Shown: piece by piece, positions 22,179-33,303 of the stretch
Position numbering within the stretch: the first letter of the stretch is position 1
Layout of the letters: each line of letters begins with the position of its first letter
Assembly: GCA_051599415.1 (NCBI GenBank)
Contig: AP039696.1
Location: 372,001 to 436,000, forward strand
DNA: 64,000 nt
Direction of reading: 5' to 3'
Origin: Savitreella phatthalungensis
Lineage: Eukaryota
Position numbers and translations under genes: made by a program
Notes under the pieces: generated by a model
Database searches by the model: none
Told to the model about the DNA's origin: nothing
Seen by the model: only the letters and a program-made list of their open reading frames with translations

Positions 22179-23138
22179 GATGAGTGTATATAGGCGAGGC
22201 TGCCGTGGCGTATGGGTGTAGAGAATGGAGGAGCTGAATCTAGTGAGATCCTACCGTAGCGATCTTGTCGCCAGCGTGTTCGTGTTCCAGTTGATAGTGG
22301 ACGACAGCAGCCTCTGACTTGGGAGATTAATAGAGTAAGCCGTGCTGGCAAATGTGAATGCAGTAGCCACGCGAGCTGACGCAAGCGGCAGGTTGCCTTA
22401 TCACGTTGATTGCGGAAGCCGAAGGGGCGGCAAGTGAAGACCCCCGTAGTCAGGCAACTCCGTCCTCGAATAAATCCTGTGTTGATGACAAAGAGAGCCT
22501 CAACGTGAAGTAGCAGAAGAGACTTTATCTACTTGCAAACGGAGATTGGTCTGATGCTGGAGCAGGGATCCCCAGCCGATGTCCTGTCTCGAGCTGTCTG
22601 TACGAGAGGTAGAGCTTCTACTTTCCTGCCATGTAATGTATGCCGCGGATTCGACTGCCATTTTAACCAGTTGAAACGTTTCACCACGCGCACGCGCACG
22701 CATGCACACGCCTATGCACGCGCCCTAGATTGTGCACGCGGTGTAGATGACAGACAAATGCAACAGAGAAACTTAGAACGTGCGCGTATCAAATAGATTG
22801 TCTGTGTTTCATTAAACCAAACTAAGTAATCAACTTGATGCACAAACACTGGTGAAGCAGATAGACTGACATCAGGTCATCGTCTTCTCAACTAACCTAC
22901 TCACGCTTTCCTGCTTGAGCTGGATTCCATGTGGTCTAGATCAGCGTTATCATCGTGTACACTGCGGGCTTGACTTTGCAGCATTGGCTCCTGAAATCTG
23001 CTGCTGCGCTCGCTACAGCATTAGATCATGCACTTGTGGAGCTCATCATCGTCGACGTTCTCACTTGTGCGGGCTACGGGTCCTTGTCATGAAGGATTGT
23101 TCGTCCTTCAAAAATGACAGAAAAAGAGACAGAGAATA

Positions 23139-23609
23139 CTACCACTTGTCGATCCAATCGCCTGCAGAGTCTCTATTTCGTGGCAAATCTCGTTCATACT
23201 CTTCAACCATTTCCCCATTTCCTCGCTTGTCCTGCGGATGACTGGGCTTCAGTCTCTCCAGTGCAACCACTGAAGCAACCACATACTCCCCATCGTGACT
23301 GATACTCGCCTTGAACGATAAAGGTATTTTCTCGTCCAGCAATGACAATGCTGGCGCTCCTTCAGATGTATGTGTCAACTCGAGATCTCTGAAGCTAGGT
23401 TCATATGGTGTCGATGCCTTATACGCAGCCTCCTTTGCTGCCCATCGTGTAGCGAAGAAGCGCTTACGGTCCTGTTCGTCCCTGCATTCAATGCATAGCT
23501 GTAGCTCTCTTGGAGACAGGAATCGTCTACCCAACCGCTCTAATCGCCGTTCACCCAGTCCCGCTATCCGTGATATCTTCAAGAGATCAACTCCTAGCCC
23601 ATGTAACAT
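23139..23609 (-). CDS. PPT2: AcpS-type 4'-phosphopantetheinyl transferase (mitochondrial holo-ACP synthase type)
   Basis: [27 protein letters not shown]. Confidence 0.9.
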   Translation of the reverse strand: MLHGLGVDLLKISRIAGLGERRLERLGRRFLSPRELQLCIECRDEQDRKRFFATRWAAKEAAYKASTPYEPSFRDLELTHTSEGAPALSLLDEKIPLSFKASISHDGEYVVASVVALERLKPSHPQDKRGNGEMVEEYERDLPRNRDSAGDWIDKW

Positions 23610-23928
23610 CTTGAAGCACCTTGACCAGCTCCAGGAGACTAGAAAAGATCAAAAGCCCTCACACCTTGCGCATGGCGTATCTACGTACAGACCGCTTCGT
23701 TTTCTATCTCGATCGAGGAAATCCTGCATGCCTACAAATGTGCATTCGATTGCAGTGGACTTTGGATACTGTGTGGGGTCGATCGAATGCAGAAAAACGT
23801 CACCCACCACCCCCTTTCAACTTTGTTGGCCAGGCTCACAAGACAGGCTACAGGACCTTAATCCTAATAGATTTGTCTATGTCTCAAGCGGTGCAAGTGA
23901 CGCTGCTACGTGCATCTTAAACGCCAGG

Positions 23929-26900
23929 ATGGTGACTGTGGAACGGCCTCCACGCGCCGATTCGCCGTCAAGGCATTCGCTAGCAAAGCGCTTCACCGCT
24001 CCGAAGGAGTTTCTCCAAGACTTTGTGGACGAGAATGATGCAACGACGGGAGTGCGCGCAATTGACAAGCACGCGATGCGTCAGATTGCTGTGCGCGAAT
24101 CGGACTATCAGCGACGGAGATTCGATCGGCGTGACTACGCAGAGGATGGCGAGGGCGAGGATGAGGAGCACCGATTGCGGAGGCTCGAAATTGAGCGAGA
24201 GGAACAGCGTGTGCGGCTAGAAATCGAGCGCCGGAGGCAAACAGGTACGCTCGAGCAGGCACCAGCGCGGTATACACCTGTACCCGACCATGAAGGCGCT
24301 CGAACACCTGCGAGGCCGGTCCTCGAAGGCGATCGCACTCCAACCCGCGAGGAGTACTACGCGCAGCTCGAGCAGCCAGCGAGTGAACATCAAGAATATG
24401 AGAGAGAAATTGGTCGACTCCCCGAACGCAAGAGGCGTTGGGATCCAACGGCGGACGATATTCACGGATCTCCGGACGGACGTGCAGCAACGGACGCGTC
24501 TGAGTCAGAGACGCCGATCAAGAAAAGTCGATGGGATGCTGGACCGGATGAGGTGGCTGGACCAGAAACAAAGCGCAGATCAAGATGGGACATGGCGGAC
24601 GACCAGCAGGCTCAGGAGACGCAGCCCGCTGCAGAGGCAGCCCAGGATGCGCAACCACGAGTGGCTCGAGGTGTTCCAATCAGTGATGAAGAGCTCAACG
24701 AATTGCTACCGAAAGAGGGCTACCGAATCCTGGACCCTCCGCCGGGCTACGAGCCATTGAACGCTCCAATTAATCGGGTGACTGAGGGACTCTTCTCTCT
24801 GCCGGAATCAGGCGTCATGCCGGCAACGGACGACGGTGTTATCCCAGGTGACTTGAGCGGTGCAGGAGACCTGCAATTCTTCAAGAAGGAGGACGCAAAG
24901 CACTTTGCAAAGCTGATGGACGGCACGAAAGAGACAGATCTGTCGCTCGATGAGTTGAAAGAGCGCAAGGTCATGCGTCTCATTCTCAAAGTCAAAAACG
25001 GCACTCCGCAAGCGCGCAAGGTCGCGCTGCGTCAGCTCACAGACCGCGTGCGCGACTTCGGCGCGGACGCACTCTTCAAGCAGATCTTGCCACTCATGAT
25101 GGAACGCTCGCTGGAAGATCAGGAACGCCATCTGCTCGTCAAAATCATCGACCGCATTCTGTACAAGCTTGACGATCTCATCCGCCCCTGGACGCATCGG
25201 ATCCTTGTGGTCATCCAGCCAATGCTCGTTGACGAGGACTTTACCACGCGCGCCGAGGGCCGCGAGATCATCGCAAATTTGAGCAAGGCCGCGGGACTTG
25301 CTCACATGATTCAGACGATGCGTCCCGACATCGACCACGCAGATGAATACGTACGTAACACGACTTCCCGGGCGTTCGCAGTCGTTGCTGGAGCGCTCGG
25401 TATCCCGGCCTTGTTGCCGTTCTTGAGAGCAGTATGCCGGTCGAAGCGGTCTTGGCAAGCACGGCATACGGGCGTCAAGATTGTCCAGCAAGTTGGCGTT
25501 CTGATAGGCCCTGGTCTCCTTCCCCATCTCAACGGCCTCGTGGAATGCATTCAGGGAGGCCTCGACGACGAGCAGCAGAAAGTACGAACAATGACAGCGC
25601 TCGCGATCGCCGCGCTCGCCGAGGCGTCTGCACCGTACGGAATCGAGTCCTTTGACTCATGCCTGCGGCCGCTATGGGATGGTGTGCGGCGACAGCGAGG
25701 CCGACCACTGTCAGCGTTTCTCCGAGCGTGTGGTCAGATTGTGCCGCTGATGGACCCGGAGTGGGCAGACACGTTCACGCAGCGAGTGATGTCGGTCGTC
25801 ACACGGGAGTTCACCTCACCGGACGATGACATGCAGCGCGTTGTCCTCAAAGTCGTTCAGCAGTGCGCGTCTACAGAAGGCGTCTCGCCAGCGTACCTCA
25901 GAGACGAGGTCCTCGCCGATTTTTTCCGCAACTTCTTCGAGCCTCGAACCGCGTCCGATCGCAGACTCAACCGCCTCGTCATCGACACAGCCGTCGTCCT
26001 CGCAGCCAAGGTCGGCTCCCACGAAATCGTCTCGCAATGCGTCGACTGCATGAAAGACGAGAACGAGGCTTTCAGAAGAATGGCCGTTGAGACGGTCGAC
26101 AAGGTCGTCCGATTACACGGCCTCGCTGGTGTAGATGAGCGACTTGAGGAGCGCTTGGTCGATGGCGTGCTATTCGCCTTCCAGGAGCAGACGGTCGAGG
26201 ACGACGTGATGCTCGACGCTTTTGGCACAGTCATCAATACCCTCCGGCACAGGTGCAAGCCTTACCTCCCACAGATCGTCTCAAGCATCCTCTGGCGTCT
26301 CAACAACAAATCTCCTACAGTCCGTCAGCAATCCGCTGACCTCGTCACCCGCATCGCCGCCACCTGCAAGCTGTGTGATGAGGAGCAACTCCTCCACAAG
26401 CTAGCCCTCGTCCTATATGAGTACCTCGGCGAGGAGTATCCGGATGTCCTAGGCTCGATTCTTTCCGGTCTGCGTGGGATTGTGGCAGTTGTCGGGATGT
26501 CATCGATGGAGCCTTCAATCTCTGACCTGCTGCCTCGGCTGACGCCGATCCTACGTAATCGGCACGAGAAGGTGCAGGAGAACGTGGTTGACTTGGTAGG
26601 TGCGATTGCTGACCGCGGGTCGGAGCATGTGTCTGCGCGCGAGTGGATGAGGATCTGCTTCGAGCTGCTGGAGATGCTGAAGGCTCACAAGCGCGGCATC
26701 CGTCGCGCGGCCATCAATACCTTTGGCTTTATCGCCAAAGCCATCGGCCCCTCAGACGTCCTTGCAACGCTCCTCAACAACCTCCGAGTCCAGGAACGTC
26801 AAAACAGAGTGTGCACGACCGTCGCAATCGCCATCGTCGCCGAAACATGCGCACCCTTCACCGTCGTCCCCGCACTCATGGCAGAGTACCGGGTACCTGA

Positions 26901-27486
26901 GTTGACCGTGCGAACTGGTGTGTTGAAATCGCTTGCGTTCATGTTTGAGTACATTGGTCCGATGGGGAGAGACTATGCTTATGCGGTAGCTCCGTTGCTG
27001 GAGGATGCGATGCTCGATCGCGATCCTGTGCACCGCCAGACTGCTGCGACTGCGATTCGCCATTTGGCGCTCGGCTGTGCTGGTCTTGGTGCAGAGGATC
27101 TGCTCATCCACCTGCTCAATCTGGTGTGGCCTAACATCTTCGAGACGTCACCGCACGTGATCAACGCTGTCTCTGACGCCGTCCTGGCACTTGCACACGC
27201 TCTAGGTCCCGGAATACTCCTGAACTACCTCCTCCCTGGGCTATTCCACCCAGCCAGAAACGTCAGGAACATCTACACAAGACTCTACAACGACCTCTAC
27301 ATCAGAGCGGCAGCGGCACTCCCAGCCTACATGCCGCTCATCTCGCCACCCACAGGCAACGCACCAGACACCGACGCTGTCCAACAAACCCCATCACTCG
27401 CACACGACAATCAGGCGGCAGATGAGATACTGTATAGACACAAGGGTGCTTACGATGTCCAGCACCCAGCGATGCTGTGGCTGTAG
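23929..27486 (+). CDS. HSH155: U2 snRNP SF3b subunit 1 (SF3B1/Hsh155/Prp10)
   Basis: Likely ATG at 23929; RESDYQRRR, three RWD ULM motifs, [12 protein letters not shown] repeats ([35 protein letters not shown]). Confidence 0.96.
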   Translation: MVTVERPPRADSPSRHSLAKRFTAPKEFLQDFVDENDATTGVRAIDKHAMRQIAVRESDYQRRRFDRRDYAEDGEGEDEEHRLRRLEIEREEQRVRLEIERRRQTGTLEQAPARYTPVPDHEGARTPARPVLEGDRTPTREEYYAQLEQPASEHQEYEREIGRLPERKRRWDPTADDIHGSPDGRAATDASESETPIKKSRWDAGPDEVAGPETKRRSRWDMADDQQAQETQPAAEAAQDAQPRVARGVPISDEELNELLPKEGYRILDPPPGYEPLNAPINRVTEGLFSLPESGVMPATDDGVIPGDLSGAGDLQFFKKEDAKHFAKLMDGTKETDLSLDELKERKVMRLILKVKNGTPQARKVALRQLTDRVRDFGADALFKQILPLMMERSLEDQERHLLVKIIDRILYKLDDLIRPWTHRILVVIQPMLVDEDFTTRAEGREIIANLSKAAGLAHMIQTMRPDIDHADEYVRNTTSRAFAVVAGALGIPALLPFLRAVCRSKRSWQARHTGVKIVQQVGVLIGPGLLPHLNGLVECIQGGLDDEQQKVRTMTALAIAALAEASAPYGIESFDSCLRPLWDGVRRQRGRPLSAFLRACGQIVPLMDPEWADTFTQRVMSVVTREFTSPDDDMQRVVLKVVQQCASTEGVSPAYLRDEVLADFFRNFFEPRTASDRRLNRLVIDTAVVLAAKVGSHEIVSQCVDCMKDENEAFRRMAVETVDKVVRLHGLAGVDERLEERLVDGVLFAFQEQTVEDDVMLDAFGTVINTLRHRCKPYLPQIVSSILWRLNNKSPTVRQQSADLVTRIAATCKLCDEEQLLHKLALVLYEYLGEEYPDVLGSILSGLRGIVAVVGMSSMEPSISDLLPRLTPILRNRHEKVQENVVDLVGAIADRGSEHVSAREWMRICFELLEMLKAHKRGIRRAAINTFGFIAKAIGPSDVLATLLNNLRVQERQNRVCTTVAIAIVAETCAPFTVVPALMAEYRVPELTVRTGVLKSLAFMFEYIGPMGRDYAYAVAPLLEDAMLDRDPVHRQTAATAIRHLALGCAGLGAEDLLIHLLNLVWPNIFETSPHVINAVSDAVLALAHALGPGILLNYLLPGLFHPARNVRNIYTRLYNDLYIRAAAALPAYMPLISPPTGNAPDTDAVQQTPSLAHDNQAADEILYRHKGAYDVQHPAMLWL

Positions 27487-27528
27487 CTTTAAGAGAGGTA
27501 GCGAGTGGATGATGATGTACTACGTTGG

Positions 27529-30500
27529 CTAAGCGATATCCGATGGCGGAGCAGGTGGTGAGTGCAGCTCTGAGAGCGTGCTTGTGGTAGCTGTAGCCGC
27601 ACTGACACCTGTCCCTGGCGGCTGTTGTGCCTGATCTGCCGTGTCGTCCTCCTCGTTCGCTGAAGCGATCGTCGGGGGCGTGGGGAGTGCTAGTTCCCGA
27701 GGTGAGCTCGGCCGCTCGGGTTCTGTCGACTCCTTCTCCACGGCCATTTCTTGTGGGGCAGCTACTGCCGGCTCGATGTCCATAGCCTCTGATTCTGGGT
27801 TGACAGCTTCGGTCGGAGGCTGCTCATCGCGCGTTACTTCCTGTTCAGGTTCGCCTTGACGCTCAGCTTCTGGTTCGTCATCTAAGGCGGAGGTTTCTTC
27901 GCTACTGGCTCGGGCGATTGTCGCGCGACCTTTGCCCTTACGATGCTTCGGCTGTGATGACGAACCGGGAGTCGGTGTGGCTGTGGCAGACCTGGCTGCA
28001 CCGCGACGGGCGCGCGCTGATGGTGCAGGCGATGGAGCTGGTGAAGGTGCAGCAATGAACGTTCTGGCGCGACCTTTGGATTTTCGGCCTGAGCGCGTCG
28101 TTGTCTCTTGCGGCGCAAACTCCTGGTATACCTCCTGGTCGCCGTCCACGTCAACCCGGTCAGCAGCGAGAGCCTCGTCCATGGGTTCTTCCCGAGCTTC
28201 CGCATCGGAACCATTGCCATCATCTCCAGTATCCGCGCGGACGGATCTCTTCGAGGTGGTCCGACTGCGCGTCGGTCGTGATCGTTTGGTTGTTGATCCA
28301 GCGATGCTGCCCGTTGCTACAGATCCTTCTTCGTAATCGTCATCCTCTTCTTCTTGCTTACCGTCCTTCTCCTCTTCTTGGTTTTTAGGTTCGTCGTCGT
28401 TTTCGTCATTATCATTTACATGGTCGTTGCCTCGCACGTCCTCATCTTCATCGTCCTCATCGTCAAACGCGTCGTCAGGATCTACTTCCGCGTAGATAGA
28501 CCGCTTTGCTCGACGGCTGGATGATCTTGTCGCTTTGGGTGTGCGTTTGGATCGTCGATCGCTTCTGCGGGTGGCAGGTGTGTGTTCTTCTTCTTCGTAG
28601 TCATCCTCGTCAGCATTGTCGTCGTCTTCATCGTTGTTGTCGTTTTCTTGTTCGTCGCTCGCCCCATCAGTGAAGCCGGAGATAGAGCTTCTGGATGAGT
28701 TGACGCGCCTCATGGCAGCAGCACGCCGTGAGCCTGCACTAGCAGAGGACGATGCCGCGCCTCCACCCCGTCGTCGCCTGCCGGTCATGACTTGCTCCTC
28801 TTCGTCTTCTGTGTCGGAGTCAATGATCGGACGCTTCTGTGCATAGGCCTCCTCAACAGACAGCTTCTTCTGTGTTGGTTCTCCTTCATCTTTGACCTCG
28901 TTAACTGAACCATTTGCAGCTTCATGCTTCACCGTTTCTGTGTCTATGAGGGTCTCTTCTTCAGCTTTGACGTCAGGCTCGTCCTTGGACTCATGTGCCG
29001 TACCCTCTGTCTCGGGCTTCACTCTGGTGTCTTCTGCTTCAGGCTTGACGACAGGTTCCTCGGCTTGGGTTTCCGCTGCTTCCGGGTCATTCAAGCCGGT
29101 CGTATCAGTTTCGGGGCGATCGACATGCTGTGCTTCCTCGCGGAGAGTCGACAGGAGACTTTGCATGACAGTACGCTCACCAAGCTCTTCGAGCTTCTTA
29201 GAATCTGCACCGTTGGCCTCGACCTCTTGGCCAGAGACGCTTTGATCGAGTGTGAGCTTTGCGTGCGCGAGTTGCTGGATGTGCTCTTCGATCGTGTTGC
29301 GTGTGACGATACGAAGGACTTGGACCTCACGCTTTTGACCGACCCGGTGAGCTCGGTCTTCGGCCTGCTTGTCGTCATGAGGATTGAAACTCGAGTCGTA
29401 GATGATGACGACGTTTGCACATGCGAGGTTGATTCCGAAGCCGCCGGCCTTAGTCGAGAGGAGGAAGACAAAGATATCTTGCTCGTCGTGGAACTGATCA
29501 ATCATGTCCTGCCGCTTCGTAACGTCCGTGGAGCCGTCGAGCCGGAAGTAAGAGAGTTTGAGCGTGTCAAGCACCTTCTCGAGAATGTCGAGGGTCTGGG
29601 TGAATTGGGAGAACAAGAGGACACGGTCGCCACGCGCTTTCATCTCCGGAAGAATTTTGGCAAGATGCTCTACTTTGCCGCAGTCCATCCATGGATTTTG
29701 GTCTCTGAGAGCATACTTGGCGATCGATGGGTACTGCAGACACATTCGGTGGATCTCGAAATCTGTCATGACGGAGATGTCCTCGATCACCATATCAAGC
29801 TGAGATCCCAATTGGATGAAGTAATCTTCCTGAAGAATGCTGCGTGAAACATGGCGGACGAGGCGATCGTCGTAGAGCTGGCGAAAGAGCATAGGATGGT
29901 TGCTGCACTTGCGCAATTGCATCATTGTGTTGGCAGCCGCTCGGAAGTCCCGAGCTTCGACGCTGTTGCCCGTGGTTTTGCCTCCAGCGCCCAGGGCTGC
30001 CTGGGCTGAAGAAGCCAGCAGAGCCTTTCGAGAGTCACGGAGCAGCCCATCGTAGATGTGGCGCTGGATGGGGTTAAGGTCAACATAGTCGACTCGATAG
30101 GTCTTCGCCGGCAAGTCGGACAGCACTTGCTTCTTGTAACGTCGCAGGATGAAGGGAGTCATCATAGTTTTTGCACGACGGATGCGCTGCTGAGACAGAA
30201 TGGCCGATTCGACGTTGTCACCAAGCGCTTTGATCTTAAAGATCTCACCGAGGCGATTCATGTTGCCAGCAAAAACCATCGGAAGTACGAAAGCCAGAAG
30301 AGAGATGAGCTCTTTAAGGTTGTTCTGCAGGGGCGTGCCCGTGAGGAGAAGCCGGAAGTTGGCTTTCAGCTGCATGAGATAGCGGTAGCGTGCGGACGCG
30401 GAATTCTTGAGATTGTGTCCTTCGTCGTAGATGCAAACATCGAAGTATTGTCGTTTCAGGAAGGAGCGGTCGTCGTGTGACCCAGTGGCAAGCTGGTAGG

Positions 30501-33303
30501 TGGTGACCATGACGTTGAAGTCGCGCCGACCTTCGTCACTCTCAAACAGCTCGCGGAACTCCTGACGCTCGCGCTGGGAGCCATAGTAAGCTTCGACCTT
30601 TAGAGCTGGACAGAACCGAGAGATTTCTCGTAACCAATTCTCAAGCGTCGAGGCTGGAACGACCACGAGGTGTGGGCCTGGTACGCCGCTCTCAAGAAGC
30701 TTGCCAAGGAACGAAATGACCTGACATGTTTTGCCAAGTCCCATCTCGTCAGCGAGGATGCCAGAGAGCTTCTTTTGGTACATGAGATTGATCCAGTTGA
30801 CTCCGAAGATCTGGTAGTCTTTCAAGGCAACGCCCTCCGGTAATAGCTTCGGCTGCTCCTTCGCATATGGTACCTCAGCTTGCGCTGCGGCCTCGTTATC
30901 GAGCTTGACCTCGGCCACTGCTCCTTCATTGGCATCAGCTTGGACGCCCCAGCTCGCGATTGCAGAGCGGATCATCTCCCCATAGTTTTCGCAATTAGCC
31001 ATGAGCTGATCGATGGCACTGAAACCCTCGAGTGTCTCAATACATGTGTCGACGACTTTTTGACCGGCTGTCTTGCGAGTCTGCCCACCGCGACCTTTGC
31101 GCTTACCTTGCTTGTCATTAGCTCCGGGGTAGTCGAGCTGCCGGACTATTTCGAGATTTTGATACGGCCGGGCGTCGAAGACGAGTTGAGCAGTCTCCTC
31201 ATTACATGATGCCATATCCGCAAGCTCTTTCATCGTGCGGACAACGTTGAGGAAATGCAAGACGCGCATTTCTGATTCGTGCCGATTGATCTCGAGGTAC
31301 ACGGCAGCTGACTGGTCCTCCTCTTCATCAGACTCTCCGTCTTTGTCGCTCTCATCTTCGTCTTCCTGCTGCACGCTGCCTTCGTCGCCAGAGTCGTCTG
31401 AACCCAGTTCAAACTTGAGCTGCTTGGCATTACGCTTTCGTAAAGTTGGAGGCTGGTAATTTGTGGAACGCTGAGCATTGATCTGCCGACGCTGATCCAA
31501 ACGCTGTTCGTATTGCTGCTTGAATCGAGCTCGTTGAGCAGCTTCCATGGCTTGACGCTGTCGCAGGTCAAACTGCTGCTGATACTGGTAATTGGGCGGA
31601 GCGACTTGCTGGGATCTCAAAGCTTGCTTTTCACGGACCGACAGATTTGGAGCCTTGATGTCTCTCCTGGTGGTTTGGTTGTACGACTGTTGCATCTGCT
31701 GCTGGCGCATCATCTGCTGCTGCATCTGGATCTGATGCATCTGCTGGTACTGTAGGTGCTGCATCTCTTGAGGGGTCATCATGTTACGCTGTTGCTGCTG
31801 GTGGTGTAGCTGCTGTTGTTGGTGTGGTTGCATAGATGAGCCGACGTTGACTGTCTCGACCATGTCAATGTCATTGCGCTGACTGGCACCATTGCTTCCA
31901 CTACCGCCGCTCAGCAGTGCAGCAGCTCGCTCGACACGACCACCAGAGTCGCGAAGGGCTTGCATTAGCATGTTGTCGGGCAAGTGCATGAACATGGTCT
32001 GCAGCTGTGCGAAAGCAGCAGCTGCGAGTGACGACATCTCCGACCTAGTGCCCTGCTGCGAGCGCATCATGCCTTGATTTTGATTTTGCATGCGCTGAGA
32101 TTGCTGTTGATGGTGCGGCTGTGCTTGCTGCTGCATGCGGCCAGTGCTGCCGGGGAACACCTGGACGAAATTGCTTCGCTGCTGCTGCTGTTGTTGCTGC
32201 TGCTGCTGTCGAGCCTGCAGCATTCGATCTCTTTGAGCTTGCTGTGCCATAAGGACCTGCTGCTGAGCCTGCGAATTACCCACAAAGACCGTTTGTTGGC
32301 CATTCTGAACATACTGCTGCCTCGGTTGCTGCTGGCGGACGTTCATTTGCTGCTGCTGCTGATGTGCTAGTTGCTGCTGTTGGTGGTGATGGTTCTGCTG
32401 CTGATGCTGCTGCTGCTGTAGAGCAGCTGATGAGCCTACAGGCATTCGCTGGGGGCGTGGCCGCCCGGCAGCGTACTGAGTGGCCATAGAGGCCGGGTTG
32501 TTGCCAACATTGACGGCAAATTGGCCGTTGGCCTGTGCACGTGCATAATACATCTGCGCACGATCGACCGGTGGCTGACCCGGCGTGGTAGGACTGGGAA
32601 CAGGAAAGCCGGGTTGATCCGGACTCTGGAGATTGTTCGGATCGTATTGAAAGCCCTGGATTTGTTGCCGCATCTGCTGCTGAGCTTGCGCGGGAGAAAC
32701 CGACCGTGGACCAGGACTAGCACTTGCTGAGGCTCGGCCATATGACGGACTCGGAAAGCCCGACTGGACGATAGGTCCGCTGACTGCGGCAGAAGCAGCA
32801 GCTGCTGCTGCAGCTGCGGCTGCTGCACCACGCTGCATCTGTGAAGGGAATGCAGCCCTGCGCATTTGCGGTTGACCTGTAGGTGGTTGTGGTTGCTGTT
32901 GTGGAGGATGTCCCGGAGAGTTTATTCTCATCGGGGACATGTCGGCGCCGTTCATGACCGCGTAGCCAGGCTGGAGTTGGAATGAACCTCTGCCGGCGTG
33001 TCTGCGCGCATGCTCTTCATCGCCTTCGGAGTCTGCGGCGGATCGTGGTCTCTTGCGGTTGCTCGAATTGCTGCCGCTAGAGCCTGGCGGATGCTGTCCC
33101 TTTGGGAATGCCTGAAAGGTATTCATCATCCCACCCTGAAGTGATTGTTGATGAGCGTGTCCTGTCGGTGGTGGCTGCATTGGCGACTTTGCCGGACTTG
33201 AAGCTGGTACTTGGATGGGGCCAGCACTTGACATCCCGGCCGGACTCTGTGGCGCAAGGCGCTGAGGTGGCCGTTTCCGAGGTGAACCTGACCCCTCAGA
33301 CAT
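27529..33303 (-). CDS. FUN30: SNF2-family chromatin remodeller of the Fun30/SMARCAD1/Fft type with Q-rich N terminus and acidic C-terminal tail
   Basis: LKDYQ..G.NW, ADEMGLGKT, STLENW, DEGH, LLLTGTPLQNN, LSTKAGGFGINL, QAEDRAHRVGQ; CUE/UBA-like helix LQTMFMHL..ALRDSGGRVERAAALL. Confidence 0.93.
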   Translation of the reverse strand: MSEGSGSPRKRPPQRLAPQSPAGMSSAGPIQVPASSPAKSPMQPPPTGHAHQQSLQGGMMNTFQAFPKGQHPPGSSGSNSSNRKRPRSAADSEGDEEHARRHAGRGSFQLQPGYAVMNGADMSPMRINSPGHPPQQQPQPPTGQPQMRRAAFPSQMQRGAAAAAAAAAAASAAVSGPIVQSGFPSPSYGRASASASPGPRSVSPAQAQQQMRQQIQGFQYDPNNLQSPDQPGFPVPSPTTPGQPPVDRAQMYYARAQANGQFAVNVGNNPASMATQYAAGRPRPQRMPVGSSAALQQQQHQQQNHHHQQQQLAHQQQQQMNVRQQQPRQQYVQNGQQTVFVGNSQAQQQVLMAQQAQRDRMLQARQQQQQQQQQQRSNFVQVFPGSTGRMQQQAQPHHQQQSQRMQNQNQGMMRSQQGTRSEMSSLAAAAFAQLQTMFMHLPDNMLMQALRDSGGRVERAAALLSGGSGSNGASQRNDIDMVETVNVGSSMQPHQQQQLHHQQQQRNMMTPQEMQHLQYQQMHQIQMQQQMMRQQQMQQSYNQTTRRDIKAPNLSVREKQALRSQQVAPPNYQYQQQFDLRQRQAMEAAQRARFKQQYEQRLDQRRQINAQRSTNYQPPTLRKRNAKQLKFELGSDDSGDEGSVQQEDEDESDKDGESDEEEDQSAAVYLEINRHESEMRVLHFLNVVRTMKELADMASCNEETAQLVFDARPYQNLEIVRQLDYPGANDKQGKRKGRGGQTRKTAGQKVVDTCIETLEGFSAIDQLMANCENYGEMIRSAIASWGVQADANEGAVAEVKLDNEAAAQAEVPYAKEQPKLLPEGVALKDYQIFGVNWINLMYQKKLSGILADEMGLGKTCQVISFLGKLLESGVPGPHLVVVPASTLENWLREISRFCPALKVEAYYGSQRERQEFRELFESDEGRRDFNVMVTTYQLATGSHDDRSFLKRQYFDVCIYDEGHNLKNSASARYRYLMQLKANFRLLLTGTPLQNNLKELISLLAFVLPMVFAGNMNRLGEIFKIKALGDNVESAILSQQRIRRAKTMMTPFILRRYKKQVLSDLPAKTYRVDYVDLNPIQRHIYDGLLRDSRKALLASSAQAALGAGGKTTGNSVEARDFRAAANTMMQLRKCSNHPMLFRQLYDDRLVRHVSRSILQEDYFIQLGSQLDMVIEDISVMTDFEIHRMCLQYPSIAKYALRDQNPWMDCGKVEHLAKILPEMKARGDRVLLFSQFTQTLDILEKVLDTLKLSYFRLDGSTDVTKRQDMIDQFHDEQDIFVFLLSTKAGGFGINLACANVVIIYDSSFNPHDDKQAEDRAHRVGQKREVQVLRIVTRNTIEEHIQQLAHAKLTLDQSVSGQEVEANGADSKKLEELGERTVMQSLLSTLREEAQHVDRPETDTTGLNDPEAAETQAEEPVVKPEAEDTRVKPETEGTAHESKDEPDVKAEEETLIDTETVKHEAANGSVNEVKDEGEPTQKKLSVEEAYAQKRPIIDSDTEDEEEQVMTGRRRRGGGAASSSASAGSRRAAAMRRVNSSRSSISGFTDGASDEQENDNNDEDDDNADEDDYEEEEHTPATRRSDRRSKRTPKATRSSSRRAKRSIYAEVDPDDAFDDEDDEDEDVRGNDHVNDNDENDDEPKNQEEEKDGKQEEEDDDYEEGSVATGSIAGSTTKRSRPTRSRTTSKRSVRADTGDDGNGSDAEAREEPMDEALAADRVDVDGDQEVYQEFAPQETTTRSGRKSKGRARTFIAAPSPAPSPAPSARARRGAARSATATPTPGSSSQPKHRKGKGRATIARASSEETSALDDEPEAERQGEPEQEVTRDEQPPTEAVNPESEAMDIEPAVAAPQEMAVEKESTEPERPSSPRELALPTPPTIASANEEDDTADQAQQPPGTGVSAATATTSTLSELHSPPAPPSDIA

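Noticed and set aside
22625..22641. U1 snRNA-like 5' end on the minus strand (ATACATTACATGGCAGG)
   Set aside because: Lacks the invariant ACTTACCT and has no U1-70K loop, no ATTGCAC loop and no good Sm site.
23311..23928. 206-codon N-terminal extension of SF3B1 overlapping PPT2 antisense
   Set aside because: Starts at TTG, shows no SF3B1-like sequence, and half of it is the antisense shadow of PPT2. Homology begins after the ATG at 23929.
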